A stretch of DNA of 62,260 nt, from positions 1 to 62,260 of the IMG/VR virus record IMGVR_UViG_3300027780_000014; one strand, given 5' to 3'. Shown here in pieces: positions 56,394 to 62,260 of this stretch (position 1 is the stretch's first letter; each line of letters starts with the position of its first letter). The DNA is from a virus. Lineage: Duplodnaviria > Caudoviricetes. Position numbers and translations under genes: made by a program. The notes under the pieces are model-generated. The model saw only the letters and a list, made by a program, of their open reading frames with translations. It did no database searches and had not been told where the DNA came from.

Positions 56394-57769
56394 ATTGCAT
56401 ACCTCACTATTACAATGCCTGAACCGCCATTGCCGCCCTGTGTACCAGTATGACCGTGACCACCACCGCCACCACCTGTGTTAGCATTTCCGTTTAGTTC
56501 TGGCTGAATTCTATGTGTACCACCTAAACCACCACCACCTGGCGTTTCTGAACCACTTGTTCCACCAACACCAGCACCATCGTAAGAACCAGCAGCACCA
56601 CCACTTGCATAATAACCATTATCACCTGTGGACGTAGTGGAAGACCAAGCTGAATAATTTCCTCCAAGTCCTGCGTTTCCTCCACCTGTGGAAGTACCAT
56701 TTTGGCCGACACCGCCTGCACCACCGCCACCACCACCTCGATAATGAGGTGCTCCATCATTTACGCTAGAACCGCCAGCATATCCTTGTCCTGATGTACC
56801 AGATCCTCCAGCAGCTCCTCTAACACCACCACCTCCTGAGCCTCCTGACGCACCAATTTTAGTTGTAGAATTGTTTTCATTACCTGAACCACCACCTCCA
56901 ATAGCTGTAAATCCAAACGCTGTTGAGTTATCACCATTACCTACATTTGGCATAGTTGATACACTTGTAGACGCTGAGCCTCCTGCACCTATAATAATAT
57001 TAAAAGTGCCTAAAGCTACACTGTAGTTGGATTGATACACTAATCCGCCAGCTCCTGCACCAGCTGCACCGTTTGAAGTGCCTGCCCCACCGCCACCAGC
57101 AACAATTATAAAATCAATAGTTCCTGCTTTTGAGGTAGTAAAGGTACTAGATGCTGTAAATGTACGGTAGGCATAACCTCCTCCTGCTGATCCAGTACCA
57201 CCAGTAGCAGCAAATGGGCCTACATTAAATCCGTCATTTATTGCACCAATATTAATCCAATTATTTCCATCAGTAGTTATGTCTTTACAAACATATGCTT
57301 CGCCAGTTGTACTATTAATCCACAAATGGCCCACTGCTGGAGGGTTAGTTGTCATTAATGGGTCAGTAGTAGATACGGTTGCATCTGACAAGCTAGCTAG
57401 TGAGGAAGCTCCATCTGCTCCATCTGTTCCTGCAAGAACAGATGCGTTAACACCCATAATAAGTTGTACTTCATCATCGAGATCAAGTGCGGGAGTGAAC
57501 GTAACCGATACACCATCGGTTGCTGTGAAGTCTGTACCAACCAGCATCTTTGCACCGTTGATATAGCAATCTATACTTCCAACAAAATAAGTTAGCCCAG
57601 TTTTAGTAGCTTGGTTTGCAGTAGCAGTAAACTCAACTCGATTAGATACTGTAGATCTAACTTTCCAAGCTGTGCCTGTCCAATCGTAAAACAGACCATT
57701 GATAACCAACGAGTCACCAGAAGTCGGGGCAGATGGAAAGCCACCTGATGTGTACAAATAATCCGTCAT
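56390..57769 (-). CDS. tail fibre-like protein with glycine-rich C-terminal domain
   Basis: FPSAPTSGD, FTATANQ, G.LWIN.TTGE, VAGGGG...NTGGGGGG...GGSGIVIVRY. Confidence 0.82.
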   Translation of the reverse strand: MTDYLYTSGGFPSAPTSGDSLVINGLFYDWTGTAWKVRSTVSNRVEFTATANQATKTGLTYFVGSIDCYINGAKMLVGTDFTATDGVSVTFTPALDLDDEVQLIMGVNASVLAGTDGADGASSLASLSDATVSTTDPLMTTNPPAVGHLWINSTTGEAYVCKDITTDGNNWINIGAINDGFNVGPFAATGGTGSAGGGYAYRTFTASSTFTTSKAGTIDFIIVAGGGGAGTSNGAAGAGAGGLVYQSNYSVALGTFNIIIGAGGSASTSVSTMPNVGNGDNSTAFGFTAIGGGGSGNENNSTTKIGASGGSGGGGVRGAAGGSGTSGQGYAGGSSVNDGAPHYRGGGGGGAGGVGQNGTSTGGGNAGLGGNYSAWSSTTSTGDNGYYASGGAAGSYDGAGVGGTSGSETPGGGGLGGTHRIQPELNGNANTGGGGGGHGHTGTQGGNGGSGIVIVRYAI

Positions 57770-57772
57770 CTT

Positions 57773-58978
57773 CTAATCCTCAGTAATGTCTATGCCAGCA
57801 ACATACGCGCTGTAGCTACGAGCTGGAATATTTACAACGCCTCCAGCAATGGTGAACCTATTACTGAACTGACCCACCGTTTGATGAAGCGCGTAGGGAT
57901 TGTTAGGAAATACAAAAGTTGACCACGTTGGAGTGGAAAAATTTGTATCAATAATTGTCGCTCGGTCATTCTGCTCGCCAAAGATCAGCGCAATTCCGGC
58001 TGCAACCTCACAAGCACCGTTGCCATATTCAGTAGAAGTGTTGGTACCGTTAGCCAGATATATAAGTGCATCAGTGCTAAGATTCCAGTAATACCAACCA
58101 GACCCACCTTGCTCTATGAGAAAAGATACGTTTGAAGTATTAGTGACAACAGTAGCACCATCAGAATAGCTTCCAACATTAAATTTATTATCAGTCTTTA
58201 GAGTCACCACTCCTGTGGAAATAGTACAAGTGGATACATTGGTGTTACCACCTGAATTTTTAGAATACAGTTTTCCGTTGTGATGAACCATGTAACTTCC
58301 CTGATTATCCGCGACTGTCACCATACTTGCGCCAGTAACCGTAAAGTCGCTATCAACCCCAGTCTCAATATGTCTCCTACCTATGAGAGTGGCCGATTTT
58401 ACACAATACATATAAGTTCCATCACTACACATCGCATACTTAGCGGCAGCAATTGAGATAGTCCAATCGAAAGAGTTATTTAATGTTCCATCTTCGTTGT
58501 GGACGAAAACCATTCCGTCTTTTATTCTATAAAACGTTATAACTCCAGTAGTTGAATGCTCATGAACAAATCCAGCTGATCCTGCGTCAGCCACATTTGC
58601 GGCATTTGTAATACTTGTTACGGTAGGCTTTAAAACATCAGCTGCAGACTCTACATATATTGAATTAATTCCTTCCGCACCCCCACTAAAGAACATGCCC
58701 TTGAAAGCGGTGCTTGCTCTGGCTGGAAACTTTAACTTTAACGTAGATGAAACATCCATAATTAAACTCTTAGTTCGCTCTAAATTTCCAAGGGAAGTTC
58801 CCGTATTCATTGTTCTTCCATCAAGATCTAACGTAACTCCCGCACCTAAATTAATACAATCTAGATCTCTTAAAACTGCCCGTTGTGTAGATGATGTTGT
58901 GTGCAGTACTACATCCGTAGCCGTTACTGGCACTACCTGATCTATTACGTTTTTAAATACTTTGACTTGCTCGGCCAT
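57773..58978 (-). CDS. virion appendage protein, beta-rich
   Basis: S/T/G/N-rich, propeller-like segments, GGAG SD. Confidence 0.7.
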   Translation of the reverse strand: MAEQVKVFKNVIDQVVPVTATDVVLHTTSSTQRAVLRDLDCINLGAGVTLDLDGRTMNTGTSLGNLERTKSLIMDVSSTLKLKFPARASTAFKGMFFSGGAEGINSIYVESAADVLKPTVTSITNAANVADAGSAGFVHEHSTTGVITFYRIKDGMVFVHNEDGTLNNSFDWTISIAAAKYAMCSDGTYMYCVKSATLIGRRHIETGVDSDFTVTGASMVTVADNQGSYMVHHNGKLYSKNSGGNTNVSTCTISTGVVTLKTDNKFNVGSYSDGATVVTNTSNVSFLIEQGGSGWYYWNLSTDALIYLANGTNTSTEYGNGACEVAAGIALIFGEQNDRATIIDTNFSTPTWSTFVFPNNPYALHQTVGQFSNRFTIAGGVVNIPARSYSAYVAGIDITED

Positions 58979-58987
58979 GAGAGGCTC

Positions 58988-61900
58988 CTATGTATACATT
59001 AAGATTCTGGCTATAGTTGCCCCAGCAACCGCTGTGGATGTGGTACTGTTTGCTGCGCCTTGATCTAGCCAAGCACCGTCTGTACCATCCGTTAGGTATT
59101 CATAAAGAACACCTTCAGAGGTATCAAACCACTGTTGCCCAATGACACCCGATGCCGGTGCTGTTGCTTGACTGATTAAGACTAAAGCGGCTGTTCCTGC
59201 TGCACCAGTTGGCCCAGTTGGGCCAGCCACAGTTGAGTCAGCACCATCACTGCCATTAGTACCATTAGTACCATTAGTACCGTTAGTACCTGCTGCACCT
59301 GTTGGGCCAGTGGCACCAGCTGCACCTGTTGCTCCTGCTGCACCTGCTTCACTTGTTAGAAGTAAAGTAGTAGCAGACAAAGCTCGGCCTGCCTCTACAT
59401 TAGGTGTTCCAGCAGAAGTGGTTAACGTACCGTCAGTCTGAACATAGTAAGTTGAGTTAGTAACAAGTCCTGTCTGATTAGAAGACACTCCGCCTGCTAG
59501 TACTATAGAAGCTGTTGCAGCATTAGCATATGCAGCTGATGATGTGCCTATAAAATTATCTGCGGTTAGATTCGCAACGCCTGGAGTGCCAAACGTCATC
59601 TGGAGTATCTTAGTAAAACCATTTGTAGCGCCACCGTAATCCGTTCCTGCTACTACTATCCTGCCGCGAGTGCCGTATCTGTCAAATCTCACAGCGTTAG
59701 AATATAATTCTTGACCCGCTACCGTAAAACCAGCTCCAAGTGTAATTGTAGTACCCGATACTGTGGCAATTTTTGCTTGAGTATTCCTCCAGCAGATTAT
59801 GAACTTATTTTCATAGCCATCTAGTGATACGTTAGGGAATGTAGCAGTTGATGTTGAGTATTGTACAGGGGTGCCAAAAGTAATAGACGTTCCCGAAATC
59901 TGACCTGCAACAAGTTTACCAGCTCCGGAGCCGGGTGACCCAGACGCCACAAACAAACCGGCCACAGTCGTACTGAAAGCAACAGCAACACCTGTTCCAC
60001 TATCAGTAGACCAAATATGTTGACTTCCAAAAGTTAAAGTGTTTCCTGATACTGTAATAACATAACAAACATTTACCATGGAACTTGTACCGTACTCCGA
60101 CATTGCCAAGACTGCCCTGCCTGAAGTAAGGGGATCAAATTGTATTCTATGGTAATGCGATGTATTACCTGATGCAGCAACTACTGAGCCTAGCGTCATG
60201 CCTGAATTTGTCAGAGTACCAGCGCGAAACCTATTGCCGCTTGTATACGATGTGACTAAGAACGAACCTGCTACGCTAGGGTCAAACGCAATATCGACAT
60301 CTGATACAGCTAAACCAACGGCACTAAAAACTTCCTGATGGTTGAAGGTGATGGTGTTTGTGCCAGAAACTGTATAAGAGCGTAAATAACCATACTGATT
60401 ATAATGGCCTGCTGAAATATCTGCACCTGTTATTACAAACCGAGAGCCTGAATACCCTGCATCAAATTTAACTCTAACAGTATTTACAACATGTGCACCG
60501 GAAACTATTACTTGTGGTGTACCATAAGTGATTGTTGTCCCTGAAACTGTTCCTATGACGACTTGGGGGTAATAGGGACTAACCGAGGGCTTGTAAGTTA
60601 ATACAAAACGACCTGCATAATTTGGATCCCAATCAACATCAAAATAGTCGGTATTGGTGGTTGATAGAACTTTAGCAGGTGTATAAGCAGTTGCGCTATC
60701 TGCTAGCGGATAGATTTCTGCCACAGCCTCAACAGTGCCATTAGATTTTAGAATTACAGGAGTTCCATTAGGTAACGTACCACTAGCTATGAAATCCTTA
60801 ACACCACCTACCCCATCAGCACCGTCTGTGCCATTAGTACCAGCAGCACCCGTTGTACCAGTAGTACCTTGTATTCCTTGTATTCCTTGAACCCCTTGTG
60901 GGCCTTGAATAGATCCACCACTTACCCATGCAGAAGTACCGTCCCAGACATGAAAGCTATCATCTGCTTGAACAATGTAAGCATCACCTTGAGTGTTACT
61001 TCCTGATGGGAGATTACCAATAGCTGCAACTTCTCCTAAGAAATTAATACCTAGACCAGCAGTACCCTGTATTCCCTGTACACCTTGAGATCCAGCTGCG
61101 CCAGCGACTCCATCTTCTCCAGCAGGGCCAGAAAGTAATAGAGTCGTAGCATTTATTGCAAGACCTGCTTCAACTGAAGGTGTTGCTTCAGAAGTACCTA
61201 GTGTTCCATCACCTTGTATGTAGTAACGAGATCCTGCTGTAAGACCAGATTGATTCTCGCTAACACCACCTTTAAGAATGATAGATGCTGTTTGACTATC
61301 TGTGTAAGCTGCTGATGAAAGTCCAACGTAACTTAAAGAATTTAAAGTGCTAGCTCCTGTTGCTTGCATTTGACCAACATGGGCACTGCCAAGGGGGTTT
61401 CCACCCGCACTAAAATTAGAATTATTTCCTATCTTAGTTACATAAACAAATTTACCACCTGACATAAATGCAAGAGCTGATGCAGTATGATCACTTTCAG
61501 TGTTTATCTCAGTTATAGTATCAAGAGTAATCGTTGTTCCTGAAACTGAACCTGTGTTTACTACTGCATCATTTGTAGAGTCTTCTGAATACATGTACGC
61601 AAATTTACCACTACTATGTGGACTAAACTCTATAGCGTGATCTTTTGCTCCAGTGTCATTTTGTTGAGGAAAAAATTCTATGTAGGAACCTAACGTAATT
61701 GATGTCCCTGAAATAGTACCAGCTACTATTGTTCCATTACGTCGATTGACGCTATTATTCTTACCTCTGTACTGGACTATAAAACTAGTAAGATCAAGTG
61801 GATTAACAGCCATAGCTGCCATTTCTATGCTGTCCCAAGGAAGAGGCACATTAGTGCCTAAACTCATAGTACTACCAGATACTGTGCCAATTTTTAAATT

Positions 61901-62260
61901 TGCATCAGCAAGAATTATAAATTTACTTGTTCCAACGGCTTTTACAAGACCAGTACTCCATCCTGATGGCCCAACTAAAATATCAGATCCAAATGAAACG
62001 CTTGTTCCTGAAACTGTACCTACTTTAATGCGCGTACCGCTGCTTGTGTACATAGCTACTAATTTATTATTATCAACTAGATCAAAAGCACAACTATGAA
62101 AATACGTTGTTGCTGAAGAAACCAGAACTTCTGTACCAAAAGTTATTGATGTTCCTGAAATCGTGCCTATTTTTATGCCAGCAGTATTGTTAGCTTTTCT
62201 ATAGCTTATAGCAAACTTTCCTGAAGAGTTTGGTGCAAAACTTATTTGTCTATTCGTTGT
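58988..62260 (-). CDS. long collagen-containing tail fibre (5' end beyond the right edge)
   Basis: Frame is open from 62260 (TTNRQISFAPNSSGKF...) into the 1021-aa track ORF; Gly-X-Y tracts and two propeller-like modules. Confidence 0.88.
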   Translation of the reverse strand, partial: TTNRQISFAPNSSGKFAISYRKANNTAGIKIGTISGTSITFGTEVLVSSATTYFHSCAFDLVDNNKLVAMYTSSGTRIKVGTVSGTSVSFGSDILVGPSGWSTGLVKAVGTSKFIILADANLKIGTVSGSTMSLGTNVPLPWDSIEMAAMAVNPLDLTSFIVQYRGKNNSVNRRNGTIVAGTISGTSITLGSYIEFFPQQNDTGAKDHAIEFSPHSSGKFAYMYSEDSTNDAVVNTGSVSGTTITLDTITEINTESDHTASALAFMSGGKFVYVTKIGNNSNFSAGGNPLGSAHVGQMQATGASTLNSLSYVGLSSAAYTDSQTASIILKGGVSENQSGLTAGSRYYIQGDGTLGTSEATPSVEAGLAINATTLLLSGPAGEDGVAGAAGSQGVQGIQGTAGLGINFLGEVAAIGNLPSGSNTQGDAYIVQADDSFHVWDGTSAWVSGGSIQGPQGVQGIQGIQGTTGTTGAAGTNGTDGADGVGGVKDFIASGTLPNGTPVILKSNGTVEAVAEIYPLADSATAYTPAKVLSTTNTDYFDVDWDPNYAGRFVLTYKPSVSPYYPQVVIGTVSGTTITYGTPQVIVSGAHVVNTVRVKFDAGYSGSRFVITGADISAGHYNQYGYLRSYTVSGTNTITFNHQEVFSAVGLAVSDVDIAFDPSVAGSFLVTSYTSGNRFRAGTLTNSGMTLGSVVAASGNTSHYHRIQFDPLTSGRAVLAMSEYGTSSMVNVCYVITVSGNTLTFGSQHIWSTDSGTGVAVAFSTTVAGLFVASGSPGSGAGKLVAGQISGTSITFGTPVQYSTSTATFPNVSLDGYENKFIICWRNTQAKIATVSGTTITLGAGFTVAGQELYSNAVRFDRYGTRGRIVVAGTDYGGATNGFTKILQMTFGTPGVANLTADNFIGTSSAAYANAATASIVLAGGVSSNQTGLVTNSTYYVQTDGTLTTSAGTPNVEAGRALSATTLLLTSEAGAAGATGAAGATGPTGAAGTNGTNGTNGTNGSDGADSTVAGPTGPTGAAGTAALVLISQATAPASGVIGQQWFDTSEGVLYEYLTDGTDGAWLDQGAANSTTSTAVAGATIARILMYT
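59195..59350 (-). repeat. collagen-like Gly-X-Y tract with 9-bp tandem repeats
   Basis: GAAGATGAAGATGPTGAAGTNGTNGTNGTNG; (CCATTAGTA)n on +. Further tracts near 60810-60905 and 61055-61130. Confidence 0.9.

Larger units (their letters stand above)
1..62260. other. N4-like (Schitoviridae-type) phage genome, near-complete and permuted
   Basis: Giant vRNAP, two-subunit RNAPII and N4-type gene order (vRNAP, ejection/tail genes, MCP, portal; terminase next to the early region). No host genes or integrase seen. Confidence 0.97.

Noticed and set aside
54840-62260. Diversity-generating retroelement or invertible fibre cassette
   Set aside because: No reverse transcriptase or recombinase gene; the repeats are diverged protein modules rather than adenine-specific TR/VR pairs, as far as can be judged by eye.
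1-62260. Alternative genetic code or prophage state
   Set aside because: Core genes are intact under the standard code with all three stops used; no integrase, att-like boundary or host genes seen.

Overview
The window is most of an AT-rich N4-like (Schitoviridae-type) lytic phage genome, opened inside the tail-fibre region. Hallmarks read directly from the sequence are a 3779-aa cysteine-free virion RNA polymerase, a two-subunit T7-like RNA polymerase II, and N4-type terminase, portal, major capsid, primase, SSB and MoxR-AAA/vWA genes. Early and middle genes lie on + (about 7.0-28.6 kb) and late genes on - (28.6-62.3 kb and 1-6.7 kb), so the physical genome ends probably fall near 6.7-7.0 kb. 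Most interesting observations: (1) two separate families of intergenic motifs: TTCCA-NN-TGG before the three first early units, and four covarying GTGC-TCC-GCAC hairpins (N4 vRNAP-promoter-type loop) spread through the middle region; (2) a family A DNA polymerase split at the thumb into two intact genes, with an unrelated ORF between 8-bp direct repeats; (3) a vRNAP with two zincin HExxH modules and a duplicated ~75-aa domain; (4) a siphovirus-like J/MxYG tail-tip module and collagen-linked repeated propeller-like fibre modules; (5) no recognisable stand-alone helicase, rII or nucleotide-metabolism genes; (6) a structured intergenic sRNA candidate after the polymerase. All family calls come from motif recognition and synteny by eye; no database search was run.
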